A stretch of 64,000 bases of DNA from an uncultured delta proteobacterium (GTDB lineage Bacteria > Desulfobacterota > RBG-13-43-22). The DNA is taken from assembly GCA_963843145.1 (NCBI GenBank), contig CAWJJC010000028.1, forward strand, positions 320,001 through 384,000. Reading direction: 5' to 3'. The notes beneath the pieces are model-generated. The model had not been told where the DNA came from. It saw only the letters and a list, made by a program, of their open reading frames with translations, and made no database searches. Below, piece after piece: positions 19,591 to 29,618 of the stretch; the first letter of the stretch is position 1; each line of letters opens with the position of its first letter. A program made the position numbers and the translations under genes.

Positions 19591-21306
19591 TTATCTTTTT
19601 CTAAATAATGAACCATCCCAAAAAGGTTGTATCTCTTTCTGCCGAGGTTCCGCTTTTAGAGCCGCCTCAATGTCTCCATTGGTTAATTCATGGTTGGACA
19701 TCGTTATTTTAATTTTCTCCAGATCAGCATCTAAAAGAATTGTTTTGGGTTGGTCTGGCGTATTTGACCAAGGACTCCACTGGGGCAGACCAGATTTATC
19801 CCTGTTCGGATCACCTGTGCGGGCGAATTGAGACCAGTATTCTATTATAGCATCGGATAAGGCAACACGCCCGGCACGATTTTTTTCTTTGAAAACTAGT
19901 GCCCCCAAGCCTACCTTTTCGGTTCCAAAAACAAAATCTATTTCCATCGTATGGCAGGCCCCAAAAAGGGTATTAAAAGGGGGATCAATAACATTGTTCT
20001 TAGCCCCCCCAGCTCCCCAAAGAAACTGATATGTAAAGATCTTAGGCTGGCCCGAATTCCCTGTCATTATTCTTGCGGGATTATCGACGGCCATAACTTT
20101 CCAACCGTCGCTCTGGTATTTGACTGCTAATTCAAAGAGTTCCATTTTAGCCGGATCTTTAAAGATGGTTTGATCTTTAATCCAAGAGGCAAAGGGAGGG
20201 AAAAAATTAAAAAAGAGTTTGACTTCCTCTTTATTGGTACCAAGAATCATAGGGACTTTATTGTAATTACCTGACTCCAGGGCGCCATAAAAATCTTTGG
20301 GCAGTACTTTCCCATCGCCAAATGATGTCGGGAATCTAATCATACCCACTATTTTACCTTCCGGATACAATTCCAGGAATTCCTGGGCCTTCTTTGATCT
20401 CAGATACGTTGCTACATCTTTTGTGGACATTGCTCCCAGCATTGCAGCCGCCGCCTTCTCATCTTCAGCCTTTCCGTCCTTAACCAGCAATTTAATTATT
20501 AAGTTATTCGCATTCTCCTCCCCGAGAGCTGGTTTGGATGGCCTAATGGACCCGCTTTCTGAAATCGCCCTATTAAACAGACCTTTGGCCATTGGGGAGG
20601 CCACCAGACAAAAGACATTTGCTCCCCCGGCCGATTCACCGGCAATTGTGATATTTTCAGGATCTCCGCCGAAGTTTTTAATATTTGCTTTCAGCCATTT
20701 TAAAGCTGCGATCAGGTCTAGAATAGCGAAGTTGCCTGAATCACCAACTTCATCGCCGGTTTTCAAGGCTGGCTGATTGAAAAATCCCATTGGCCCTAAA
20801 CGATAGTTTACGGTTACCACAACCATGTTACCCTTGTTGGCCAATATTGCTGCATCATGTTTGGACAGTAGAGGCCACTGAGTACTATTTCCGCCACCGT
20901 GAATCCAAAAAAACACCGGAAGATTGCCCGTTGTGTTCTTAGGCGACCAGAGGTTCAGGTAAAGACAATCTTCATTTCCTGAAATCACAAAAGGCGTTCC
21001 CGGATTGTCATCCGGTCTGTTGTATTGAGGGCATATTTCACAAAAGGTAGTCGCTTTATACACTGCCGAACGTTTTAGCGGAGGATTTGGCGCCTTCCAA
21101 CGCAGATCGCCAATAGGGGCTTGGGCATAAGGAATGGATTTCCAGGAAATGGTATGGGTATCGCTGTTTTCTTCACCGATGACTATGCCTTCCGTGGTTT
21201 GGCGTTCCACGGCTATTGTTGCCCCCGCCTGAAGGGCAGATCCAAGAACCAAGGTTGAGATTACTAAGATACCGAAAAGAACCCAGATTGACTTCTTTGC
21301 AGCCAT
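19591..21306 (-). CDS. Secreted type-B carboxylesterase/lipase
   Basis: Signal peptide; EDCLYLN, WIHGGG, NYRLG, GESAG nucleophile elbow, GACH. Confidence 0.95.
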   Translation of the reverse strand: MAAKKSIWVLFGILVISTLVLGSALQAGATIAVERQTTEGIVIGEENSDTHTISWKSIPYAQAPIGDLRWKAPNPPLKRSAVYKATTFCEICPQYNRPDDNPGTPFVISGNEDCLYLNLWSPKNTTGNLPVFFWIHGGGNSTQWPLLSKHDAAILANKGNMVVVTVNYRLGPMGFFNQPALKTGDEVGDSGNFAILDLIAALKWLKANIKNFGGDPENITIAGESAGGANVFCLVASPMAKGLFNRAISESGSIRPSKPALGEENANNLIIKLLVKDGKAEDEKAAAAMLGAMSTKDVATYLRSKKAQEFLELYPEGKIVGMIRFPTSFGDGKVLPKDFYGALESGNYNKVPMILGTNKEEVKLFFNFFPPFASWIKDQTIFKDPAKMELFELAVKYQSDGWKVMAVDNPARIMTGNSGQPKIFTYQFLWGAGGAKNNVIDPPFNTLFGACHTMEIDFVFGTEKVGLGALVFKEKNRAGRVALSDAIIEYWSQFARTGDPNRDKSGLPQWSPWSNTPDQPKTILLDADLEKIKITMSNHELTNGDIEAALKAEPRQKEIQPFWDGSLFRKR

Positions 21307-21424
21307 GATCGTTTCCTCCTTTCAATGAAGAATTATTGCTTTCGTGGGAAGCTACAACCCCTCACAAGAATAAGGTGCTATAGATCCCATGACTAATACC
21401 ACACGCGAATTTCAACAGACGCGA

Positions 21425-22141
21425 TTAGTGGACTGGAGTCGCCAACACCGTCGCAGTGCCATGCGGCATTGTGAACGTGCAGGGGCTAGTCCCGATGCAG
21501 TCTCCGGAAAAGATCGCCGGATTATTATTCTGCGGATCAATTCCATATAGTGTCACTTGCAGTCCCTCGGGGAACACGGCGGTACACGTGCCTGTCACGC
21601 TCCTATCCGCGTTACGTTGGCAGGATATTATGCCGAGCGGATTGCTGTCCACCCGAACTGGCTCGTCGCCGTAACACGTCTGGTAGCACGTTTCCCAGCA
21701 CGTATTAAATAAGCCGCAGGGATGTGGATTGCAGCTATAGGGATTGCAGCTATACGGGCTGCCGGACACTAGGTCCAGGTTGAGAACGAGTGTGCGGGCG
21801 ATCCAGACGCATCTGGTGGTCGCCAGCAAGGTCTGCGTATCGTAACTGACCTCAATCATGCCCTCGTAAGGCGACCCTACGTTGCAGGGGAGACCGTCCA
21901 GATCATCGAACGAAGTGAGGCGGGAGTTGGTGCCTGCTGGCCCTGCCGGTCCGACTGGACCCATTGCTCCGGTTGGTCCCGGAGGACCGGGCTTTAGTTG
22001 AATATTGTTGATCTGGCTTTGTAAATTAGTCTGGATGGCCTCGACTTCCGTCTTGAGAGCGGGTAATCCCCCCGCATCAGCAAAAACAATTACTGGAATA
22101 CAGAGTAGAAAGACTGTCAATACGATTATTATATTCTTCAT
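21425..22141 (-). CDS. Secreted protein with a short collagen-like segment and Cys-rich repeats
   Basis: Signal peptide; GPPGPTGAMGPVGPAGPAG; YSCNPYSCNPHPC..CWETCYQTC; AGGAG RBS. Confidence 0.8.
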   Translation of the reverse strand: MKNIIIVLTVFLLCIPVIVFADAGGLPALKTEVEAIQTNLQSQINNIQLKPGPPGPTGAMGPVGPAGPAGTNSRLTSFDDLDGLPCNVGSPYEGMIEVSYDTQTLLATTRCVWIARTLVLNLDLVSGSPYSCNPYSCNPHPCGLFNTCWETCYQTCYGDEPVRVDSNPLGIISCQRNADRSVTGTCTAVFPEGLQVTLYGIDPQNNNPAIFSGDCIGTSPCTFTMPHGTATVLATPVH

Positions 22142-22217
22142 GGTAATCTCCTTCTCCTATTGATTGATGTAAAATTATATGGGTACTAATCGAGAACAGG
22201 CCATTTTGAAGAATGAA

Positions 22218-22328
22218 ATAAAAAGCCTCCACATGGTTTGATCCCTTATGGAGGCTTCGTATTGGATATTTCAGAATCTCCCACTTCATGTCCCGCTCCA
22301 AGGCTAAAAAGACGATAGCGAAGTTTCC
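22218..22328 (-). promoter_or_regulatory. Conserved leader element copy A with intrinsic terminator
   Basis: Minus strand: AAACTTC-hairpin-GGAC ATGAAGTGGGA-N20-GAAGCCTCCAT...GTGGAGGCTTTTTATTT. Confidence 0.7.
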
Positions 22329-22465
22329 TACACCTGCAGTTCAGGTTTCTGGACAAGAGCGGGAGGAGCCTTGCGGCTCCCCCCAGCTTTGAAAGTACGT
22401 GTGACGATGAATCAGGTGGTTGTATAGTGGCATAACACCTCATAATAGGAAGCTAATGCGGTGCG

Positions 22466-23086
22466 TCACTTTAGTCGCAACAAAACAAACGACCCATTGC
22501 AGATAACCTGTGCCCCCGTTGTGGAGATTTCACTCGTCTGCGAATCCAGGGGGTATAGTATCAGGGGCGCCCCCCAGGTAACGAATATTTGGTTTCCATC
22601 TGGCGAGATGACTCCCCCCCACGAATCTTTAACGCCCAGGTATGCAGAGTTTCCGGCCTGCGCGCCGGTCAGCCATTCCCCGATATACGACCCTTTGACC
22701 AGCGTGAACGTGATCAACCCACTGTGATTCACAGTATAATTAAAATCCCAATGTATGCTAAGTGACCCGCCGCCACCTGTGGGGCCACCAATGTCGTGGG
22801 CTATGACGTCCATTGCTCCCGTGCCATTGTGCTTGAACGTGTAAACACCTTCCCAAGTTTGCGCAGATTGAAAAGATAGAGGAACGTCAGGAATTTGTTT
22901 CGGTTGCAGACTGGAGTCGAACCCCCCAGGTGCTATTAGACATGCGTTCGAACCAGTAACGGCATATTTCCCTTGAATGGTGTTTAACCATCTGCTGATT
23001 TCGGCCGATGCCGTCGCCGCTGCTGCAAATAACGCTATTGCGGTGATCATTACAAAAACGCCCAACTTCATCATTCCTGTTTTCAT
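22466..23086 (-). CDS. Secreted hypothetical beta-rich protein
   Basis: AAGGAGG RBS; signal peptide ending ATASA. Confidence 0.8.
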   Translation of the reverse strand: MKTGMMKLGVFVMITAIALFAAAATASAEISRWLNTIQGKYAVTGSNACLIAPGGFDSSLQPKQIPDVPLSFQSAQTWEGVYTFKHNGTGAMDVIAHDIGGPTGGGGSLSIHWDFNYTVNHSGLITFTLVKGSYIGEWLTGAQAGNSAYLGVKDSWGGVISPDGNQIFVTWGAPLILYPLDSQTSEISTTGAQVICNGSFVLLRLK

Positions 23087-23220
23087 TTGAACCTCCTTTT
23101 AAACGCTCATTGTCTTTTTAATGTTTATTCGCCTATTTGAATCATAATCTTCCTCTATCTCGATTCGATTAGTTCTGAAGACATCCCCCCTTTCAACGTA
23201 CTTTTTCATGGTCTGCCTCC

Positions 23221-23460
23221 TTAGATTCGTTTTTTGGTGGTGCCTCCGGGTGGACTTTCACCCGGCATTGCCTCTTTACTGCTTATCCCCTTTTTCTTCC
23301 CGCTCCGAGGGTTCACTATGGTCCACAATTCTTCCAGGTTCCTGAAACTCTTGATCTTTTTTTTGCCTACCTCCTCGGCCTCGCCGTAAAGATGGTCCGG
23401 TCTGTTCGGCGTTGCCCGGTAGACGCGGACGACGAAACTGCGAACCACCGGCTTTCTCAT
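23221..23460 (-). CDS. Small hypothetical protein downstream of the BTAD regulator
   Basis: RSFVVRVYR...GEAEEVG..KSFRNLEELW; start chosen at ATG 23460 (ATG 23475 is an alternative). Confidence 0.65.
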   Translation of the reverse strand: MRKPVVRSFVVRVYRATPNRPDHLYGEAEEVGKKKIKSFRNLEELWTIVNPRSGKKKGISSKEAMPGESPPGGTTKKRI

Positions 23461-23496
23461 AGCTCTGAGTATCATGGAGCCTAAATAACCCGGACC

Positions 23497-23515
23497 CTGT
23501 GACAAAACTGTGACA
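23497..23515 (-). promoter_or_regulatory. Direct repeat TGTCACAG-N3-TGTCACAG (11-bp period), candidate winged-helix (OmpR/SARP-type) operator
   Basis: Perfect 8-bp direct repeat between the regulator gene and the downstream small gene. Confidence 0.55.
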
Positions 23516-23557
23516 CGAAAGAAAAATATTTCGGGGATTTTTCCGTGAAGGGAGTTT

Positions 23558-26500
23558 TTAGAAGGTTTTTGCCCTCACCTGGCGGTATAGGGCTTCGGTC
23601 CCGGCAGAGGGTTCGACGTCCAGGTGGGCTTTTAGGGTGTTGCGGAGGCGGGTATAGGCCGATATGGCTGCCGCCCTATCTCCAAGGCGGCTGTAGCAGA
23701 TCATCAGTTTCTGGTAAAGTTGTTCGGCAAGGTCGTCCACGTCGAGGGCAGCCCGGTAACTGGCGCAGGCCTCATCCCAGCGGCCCTTTTCCTCAAGTTC
23801 ACCCCCGAGCGCGAGCATGAGGCGGAGGAATCTGTCTCTCAGCCGTGCCCTAGGAGAGAGCACCCAGTGCTCTTCTTCCAGGGGGAGGAAGTCGCCTCGG
23901 TAGAGTTCCATAGCCTGTCTGGCCAGGGACGCCCCATCTTCTTTCCCAAGCTCTGCCTGGGCAAAAACCCGTCCAAAGGCCGCCGTATCCACCCAGACCC
24001 GAAGTGGGTCGAGACTCACCTGGCCTTCGTGAACCAGGAGTGCTTTGTCGCTGCCGAGTAAGCGTCTCAGCCGGGACAGGGTAGTCCTGAAGGAGGTATA
24101 GGCGGCATCGCCCTCCGCATCAGGCCAGAGCAGCTCGCTCAAGGTCTCATCCGTTACCCCCTGGCCTCCCAAGGCAATAAGGGCCTTGAGGAGCAGAAGG
24201 GGCTTCTTCTGGAGCCGCGTCGTGTCGATGGGTGTATCCTCGACGAGGATCTCGAATCTCCCGAGGGTGAAGACTCTGATCGGCCACGGCCAGTGTGGAA
24301 TGTCCAGGGGCGGTGTGTAGGGGAAGAGCTCACGCTGCCGGATGAGGTCACGGGTGTACTCCACCTCTATCCCCGCTTTTAGCGCGATGCTGCACAAACG
24401 GGCCATGAGGGAGGGTATCCAGCAATAAAGCGGAGTTCTATAGCCCTCCTCCCGTCCTATCCGGAAGGCACGCCTGAGGGTATCGCGCGCATCGGGCGTC
24501 CCTTCATCCAAGGCCAGGGAGGCCTCAGCTATCAGGGCGGTATACTCCATGATACGACTCGGGGTTTGCGGCAAGCGCCGAAAGGCAGCTACGTGTTCCC
24601 TCGCCTCGTCTCGCCGACCTGCGGCAGCGAGCACCAGGGCGGAACCACAGTAGCCCAGGGCCGCAACAAAAATACCGAACTCATCGGGAGGGAAGCTCAA
24701 AAGCTGTTGGGCGTGGGCAACCGCACGGTGCGTATCCCCGGATCTTAAATGGTAGAGGGCGGAAACCATGTGATAGCGTTGGACGAAAAGTTTAGGAGCC
24801 CGGCCGAGCATAGACTCCATTTGTACCAGAAAATCAGAGGCCTTCCGAAAATCACCTCGGTCGAGGGCCACGTGGCATCCTTCGGCCAGGAGCATCGGTA
24901 CCCATACGATGGCTCCGTTCTCTGCCGACATTTGGAGACCTTCTTCAAGGAGAGGTAACGGAGATTGATCAAATGGTCCCATCTGGTTCAGCGCCTGGGC
25001 TTTGATCAAACGCCTGCATATCGCCTGTAAGGGGTCCTGTGAGTTTGCGGTCTTCTCCAGTTCCGCTACCACTATTGCCCAACGCCCGTAGTCTCCCAGC
25101 CACATATAGCAAGTCGCGGCCCAGTGCGATATCTCAAGGCGGAGGGAAGTGCCAGCTACGGAGCGCGAGAGCATGAAGGCCCTGTCGATCGATGCCTTGA
25201 ATTCGGGGTGATAGGGCCGCGTCAAAAGGGCCACCATCCTGCTGCCGGCTACCGTGGCCTCGATTTCAGAGGAGGGGAAGGTCCCTCCTTTTGCGGTAAA
25301 CGCGTCGAGCCATTCGATCAGCGGATCGAGAAGTAGAACCTGCTCATCCCTGTACGCGGTCGACATAAGTCCATAGAAGATCGACATGACCGCCCCGGAC
25401 CAGCCAAGAAGGGCGCCGGTAACATCACCGGCCTCGTTGCACTGCGTGAAGCTCCGCTCAAAAAGGAGGCAGGCTCCTTGAGGGTCGTAGGGCTGCCTGC
25501 AGACAGCAAGCCAGTAGAGAAGCCGGGGAGACTCGGAGCGGATCTCTTCGGGTAGAGATCCTATCCACCCCTCGAGGGTCTGGCTTCTGCCCTCAGCGAC
25601 CAAGCCGGGGGCCGCGGCAAGGAGAGCTGGGACCGAACTGTCCCAGTCCTGCGCCGCCATCAGGAGGGTTATCCCTTCCTCCGTGCGGCCCGAGTCTAAA
25701 AAGAGCTTCCCGGCCCGGCACCGGACCTCCCGCATTCTTTCGGGCGTCAGGGAGCTCTCCGCTTCAGAGAGAAGGAAGTCCCTGAAGAGCGGGTGGTAAC
25801 GATATTCATCCTGGTAGAGCTCGGTGAAGTAGTTGTTCCGGTTCAGGTAGGCAAGCAGCTCCCCGCTCTTCTCGAATTGGGTGAGTTGAGAGGCGATCCC
25901 GGCCGAAACGGAGGGAAGCAGCGCCGTAATGGTGAGGAAATCCTTTGTGAGCTGTTCGAGGCCGTCGAAAATCTCGGTCTTGAAGTAATCGAAGACCGAG
26001 CTGTCGCCAATGCGGTGTACCTCAGTGGACCAGACCGGGTCGGACATGAGGATGACTGCCGCCGCCCACCCCTGAGTCCGTTCATGGATATCCCGCACCG
26101 TCTCCTCGGATAAGGGCGTCTTCCTATGCTGCTCGAGCATTTCCCGTACCTCGCCTCGGGTGAGACGGACATCCTCCCAACTTAGGGAGGCAAAACCGTT
26201 GTTCGCCCGCAGGGAGACAAAAGAAGGGGGAGACTCCTTTCTGCTCACCACGAAAACGCGGATGCCCTCGGGCACGACCTTGAGCCCGTTGCGCATCACT
26301 TCGTGGAACAGGGAAGTCTCCGGAACATCCTGGTAGTTGTCGAAGACAATCATTCCGGGAGTTGCCATCCTTTCGAAGAGGGACTCGAAGTAGCGGCGCG
26401 TGAAGGCAGAAATACCGGGACGGTACTCCGGGGTGAAGAGGGGAAGAGGTCTTGCCCGTCCTTTCTTGAGCTGCCTGGCCGCGAGGCGAAGATAGGCAAA

Positions 26501-26782
26501 GAGGGTCGCCACATCCCCGTCGGTCTCGTCCACCCGGTACCAGAGCGTAGGAATTGCTCGTGCCCGGGCGTAGCTGGCCACGAGGGTTGTTTTTCCTGAC
26601 CCGGCCGGTGACGAGACCCAGGTGACTGGATAATCCTGTAGAGTATCCAGGAGACGGAAGAGTCGTTCCCTCAGGACAACCCCGTGTAGCCGAGGCGGTA
26701 CTATCTTGGTTGGATAGGTCGTCCTCGGTCCGGCCAATGCTTGTACTGGAGACTTCGTATCAGAAACCTTTGAAAATCCCAC
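23558..26782 (-). CDS. MalT-like STAND ATPase regulator with C-terminal SARP wHTH and BTAD domains (start uncertain)
   Basis: SPAGSGKTT Walker A, VFDNYQ Walker B, YRYHPLFR, IRVFTLGRF, LWPD, LYRGDFL, EQLYQKLM. Confidence 0.9.
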   Translation of the reverse strand: MGFSKVSDTKSPVQALAGPRTTYPTKIVPPRLHGVVLRERLFRLLDTLQDYPVTWVSSPAGSGKTTLVASYARARAIPTLWYRVDETDGDVATLFAYLRLAARQLKKGRARPLPLFTPEYRPGISAFTRRYFESLFERMATPGMIVFDNYQDVPETSLFHEVMRNGLKVVPEGIRVFVVSRKESPPSFVSLRANNGFASLSWEDVRLTRGEVREMLEQHRKTPLSEETVRDIHERTQGWAAAVILMSDPVWSTEVHRIGDSSVFDYFKTEIFDGLEQLTKDFLTITALLPSVSAGIASQLTQFEKSGELLAYLNRNNYFTELYQDEYRYHPLFRDFLLSEAESSLTPERMREVRCRAGKLFLDSGRTEEGITLLMAAQDWDSSVPALLAAAPGLVAEGRSQTLEGWIGSLPEEIRSESPRLLYWLAVCRQPYDPQGACLLFERSFTQCNEAGDVTGALLGWSGAVMSIFYGLMSTAYRDEQVLLLDPLIEWLDAFTAKGGTFPSSEIEATVAGSRMVALLTRPYHPEFKASIDRAFMLSRSVAGTSLRLEISHWAATCYMWLGDYGRWAIVVAELEKTANSQDPLQAICRRLIKAQALNQMGPFDQSPLPLLEEGLQMSAENGAIVWVPMLLAEGCHVALDRGDFRKASDFLVQMESMLGRAPKLFVQRYHMVSALYHLRSGDTHRAVAHAQQLLSFPPDEFGIFVAALGYCGSALVLAAAGRRDEAREHVAAFRRLPQTPSRIMEYTALIAEASLALDEGTPDARDTLRRAFRIGREEGYRTPLYCWIPSLMARLCSIALKAGIEVEYTRDLIRQRELFPYTPPLDIPHWPWPIRVFTLGRFEILVEDTPIDTTRLQKKPLLLLKALIALGGQGVTDETLSELLWPDAEGDAAYTSFRTTLSRLRRLLGSDKALLVHEGQVSLDPLRVWVDTAAFGRVFAQAELGKEDGASLARQAMELYRGDFLPLEEEHWVLSPRARLRDRFLRLMLALGGELEEKGRWDEACASYRAALDVDDLAEQLYQKLMICYSRLGDRAAAISAYTRLRNTLKAHLDVEPSAGTEALYRQVRAKTF

Positions 26783-26822
26783 TTCATATCTCGTTCAAAA
26801 AGGTTTAGAGAAATAACGAATT
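26745..26822 (-). promoter_or_regulatory. Conserved leader element copy C (terminator degenerate, overlaps the 5' end of the regulator ORF)
   Basis: TCGTT..AACGA-GAT ATGAAGTGGGA-N20-GAAGTCTCC. Confidence 0.55.
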
Positions 26823-26851
26823 AACCTAATCAGGAAAGATAAAAGAGGGGG

Positions 26852-27148
26852 CTAACAACGAATAGGGCAGTTTGGTTGGCGAGGGAGATTGATAAAACAA
26901 GGGAGGCCCTGCAGGAATGAATTACACATTGACAATAAGGGGTGTTCAAAATAAGGAATGGATAAATTGATTTTGGTTTTCTCAGTGAAGGTTGAAGTGG
27001 CCAGGTCTTGATTTTCATAACAGAGATTAGGGGAGAAGGTATCAACCTCGCTCATTTCATAGTAGCTCGCAAAAACGAGGCCCACTAAAAAGCAGATTGA
27101 TAAAAAGGAAACTGAAATAATCGGCCTTTGGCAAATCTTCTTTCCCAT
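26852..27148 (-). CDS. Small hypothetical protein with an N-terminal TM segment and C-terminal ...PIRC
   Basis: 98-aa ORF between leader copies B and C. Confidence 0.55.
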   Translation of the reverse strand: MGKKICQRPIISVSFLSICFLVGLVFASYYEMSEVDTFSPNLCYENQDLATSTFTEKTKINLSIPYFEHPLLSMCNSFLQGLPCFINLPRQPNCPIRC

Positions 27149-27227
27149 TTCCAGCCCTTAAACTCATCTATACCATTATGACCAAGAGCTCCTATTCTTT
27201 CCTGATGAATTATGAAGGTCCAAAATT

Positions 27228-27330
27228 AAGAAAGCCTCCAGAGGAGAATACTTTCCCCGAGAGGCTTCATATCGTAAATTTCTGAAAATCCCACTTCATT
27301 TCCCACTCCCTAAAGGATGGGGTTAAGTTA
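27228..27330 (-). promoter_or_regulatory. Conserved leader element copy B with terminator; TTGACA-type promoter upstream (27403-27398)
   Basis: CCCATCC..GGGAGTGGG-AA ATGAAGTGGGA-N20-GAAGCCTCT...GGAGGCTTTCTT. Confidence 0.7.
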
Positions 27331-27645
27331 GGATATTTACTCAAAAATTTTTTGTAATTTATTGTAGCAGTTAATGCCTAACAACTTTTAGAAAAAATGT
27401 CAATAAAATTATGATTTAAAACTTTCAGGGGATAACCCAGAAGGTAGCTGCCGTGGTTTTAAATCTTCCACTATTAAGTTAAGGAATAGCGTTCGAAATC
27501 TGGCAGTTTTGGCAAATCTTCAAAAAGTGGATTACAGGAAGAAGCCCGTTGCAGGGTTTACATTGCCCTACCCAACCCTTTATATTTTTATATTCGGTGT
27601 TCGGCAGGTCCTACCGGATTTTATTTTCTGGTCATGTGGTTCGGA

Positions 27646-29076
27646 TTAACCGCTCTTTTTCTCTCCCTTTTTCCATTCCGGGAAAACAATTTTCTCTCCG
27701 ATCCGGATTCTGTTGATATCCTTAATTCCAGGATTGTATTTCCGGACATAATCCCGCAACACTTGACTGGAAAAACCGTAGACCTTCAGCACCATCCGGA
27801 AAAAATTATCGCCCTTTTTGACCACTAGGGTGCCCCGGACGGGTGGCTTTTTCAAAACAAATAGTGGCTTCCCTTCATTATTCGAGCCCGGCTTCAAGGG
27901 CTTCGACTTTTTCTTAATAACTTGGAGATTCCCCTCTAATCGGTGGGAAGGTTTCAGTATTTCTGTTTCGGAGACGATCGGGGAGGTTGACGGGGCCTCC
28001 TCTTTTACCGAACCCTTTGAAGCCGATGGAACGGAGGGTCGTACAGACTCCTTTTCTTTAGACGAATCGATCATGGGGACCGAAGGAACAGATTTTCCCT
28101 CAGTGGCCTTACCGGGTGCTATCCGCCCGGATTGTCCTTGATTTATTGATGGAAGCCGGAAATCCCACATACGGGACAAATCCAGAGACCGGTCTAGGGC
28201 CATCCATCCCAGCAAGATCAATAAGACAATTACGGAGGATAAGGCCCAAGGAAAATTATTTATCCTTTTAGTGGCCAGCGGGCCGTCAATAACCTCTTTA
28301 ACGATTTTCCCTGAAATGGGTTTTTGGGCCCGTTCATACCCTCTGATCAGCACTTTGTTGCTGAGGATGTTAATTTTCCCCGGCCTCCCCCCGGCCTGGC
28401 GAATGATCTTATCCAGGGCACCCCGGGTGAATATGGCCTTGACCCGCCCGCCGGCCTTTTCTATCCGTGATGTGATATACTCCCGGCTCTCCTTGGGGGT
28501 TAAAGGAAGGAGGAGGATCCTCACACCGATCCGCTGTTTAAGCTGCCTTAAATCATGATGGCCCAGTGTCTCCCAAAACTCCGGCTGCCCGATAAAGACG
28601 ATCTGGATGGGGTTTTCGGAGGGGACCTTTTGGTTGGAAACCATCCGCAGGCTTTCCAGGGTCTCCTCGGGCATGTCGTGGGCTTCATCAATCAATAATA
28701 CCACGTTGGTGCCGGCTTCATAAGCCCTGCGCAAGCCCTGGATCAATTGATATGAAAGGCCCGGCTGTCCTTCACTTTCTCCCGGCAGGCCGAGTTCGCG
28801 GCAGAGAAATCGAAGGAGTTCCTCAAAGGAAATATTGCTGTTAAGCAACGGGATTGTCTTGAGGTTGCCCTGGCTCGCCTCTCGGAGGAACGCCTGGATC
28901 AGGGTGGTCTTTCCCAAGCCGAATTCCCCCAGGACCGTCATATAACCCTTCCGCTGGGAGACCGTATCGGTCAAGAGTTCCAAGGCCTTCTTCTGGCTGG
29001 AACTTAAAAAGAAAAATTTTGAATCTGAGGAAAGCGGAAAGGGCTTTTCTCTAAGCTGATAGAAATCAAGGTACAT
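27646..29076 (-). CDS. ExeA/GspA-family AAA ATPase with a TM segment and C-terminal LysM-like domain
   Basis: MYLDFYQLREKPF, GEFGLGKTT, LLIDEAH, IGQPE, LRQLKQRI; C-terminal VKKGD...NPGIKDINRIRIG. Confidence 0.9.
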   Translation of the reverse strand: MYLDFYQLREKPFPLSSDSKFFFLSSSQKKALELLTDTVSQRKGYMTVLGEFGLGKTTLIQAFLREASQGNLKTIPLLNSNISFEELLRFLCRELGLPGESEGQPGLSYQLIQGLRRAYEAGTNVVLLIDEAHDMPEETLESLRMVSNQKVPSENPIQIVFIGQPEFWETLGHHDLRQLKQRIGVRILLLPLTPKESREYITSRIEKAGGRVKAIFTRGALDKIIRQAGGRPGKINILSNKVLIRGYERAQKPISGKIVKEVIDGPLATKRINNFPWALSSVIVLLILLGWMALDRSLDLSRMWDFRLPSINQGQSGRIAPGKATEGKSVPSVPMIDSSKEKESVRPSVPSASKGSVKEEAPSTSPIVSETEILKPSHRLEGNLQVIKKKSKPLKPGSNNEGKPLFVLKKPPVRGTLVVKKGDNFFRMVLKVYGFSSQVLRDYVRKYNPGIKDINRIRIGEKIVFPEWKKGEKKSG

Positions 29077-29257
29077 GCGTCAGCGATTATTTTTCTTCCC
29101 CCGGATTGGCGGCAGGGCAGTCAACCCCGGTCACAGTCAGTCCAGGAAGGCCGGGCCTTGACTTCAGACCCCAGAGCGAAGCCGGCAAGGCCCGAAGGAG
29201 ATCCTCGTCGTTTTCTGAGCCTGTCTGTCCGTCTCTCCGAAAGCCGTTTACCCGGTT

Positions 29258-29618
29258 CTAAATTTCCTTAAGGGCCATGGCCGTATTTTTTGTATTCTGG
29301 AGAATGGCCGCATCCAAAAGCTTATCTTTATCCTTTACCGTTCTTAGCCGGTGCGATTCTTTTTACAATAGCCCCAATATTACCTTCCGGTTTTCCGCCG
29401 TCAACGGTCGCTTTTACCGCCCCGCAGGATTGATGTCCCAATATCAGGACCAAAGGAACACCAAGATGTTCCACGGCATACTCGACGCTTCCAAGCTCGA
29501 TGGGATCGGCAATATTGCCGGCTACCTGGATCACAAAAATATCGCCCAGTCCCTGGTCAAAAACGTGCTCCGGTGGAACCCGGGAATCGGAACAGCTTAA
29601 GACTACCGCAAAAGGATG
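29258..29618 (-). pseudogene. Beta-carbonic anhydrase fragment, N-terminally truncated and frameshifted
   Basis: [44 protein letters not shown]; the frame continues as ..DAAILQN.. after a shift near 29340. Confidence 0.85.

Noticed and set aside
22218-22328. Four-copy leader as an ANTAR target, c-di-GMP-II riboswitch or glnA riboswitch
   Set aside because: The twin GAAG units are not closed by stems with 6-nt loops (ANTAR). The GGGCAC/GTGCAACC pseudoknot of c-di-GMP-II and the CGTT/AACG plus AGTA features of glnA are not consistently present. This was judged by eye only and needs cmscan.
29100-29200. GC-rich hairpin (GGGCCTTG...CAAGGCCC) upstream of the ExeA-like gene
   Set aside because: Single occurrence with no recognisable ncRNA consensus; insufficient support.
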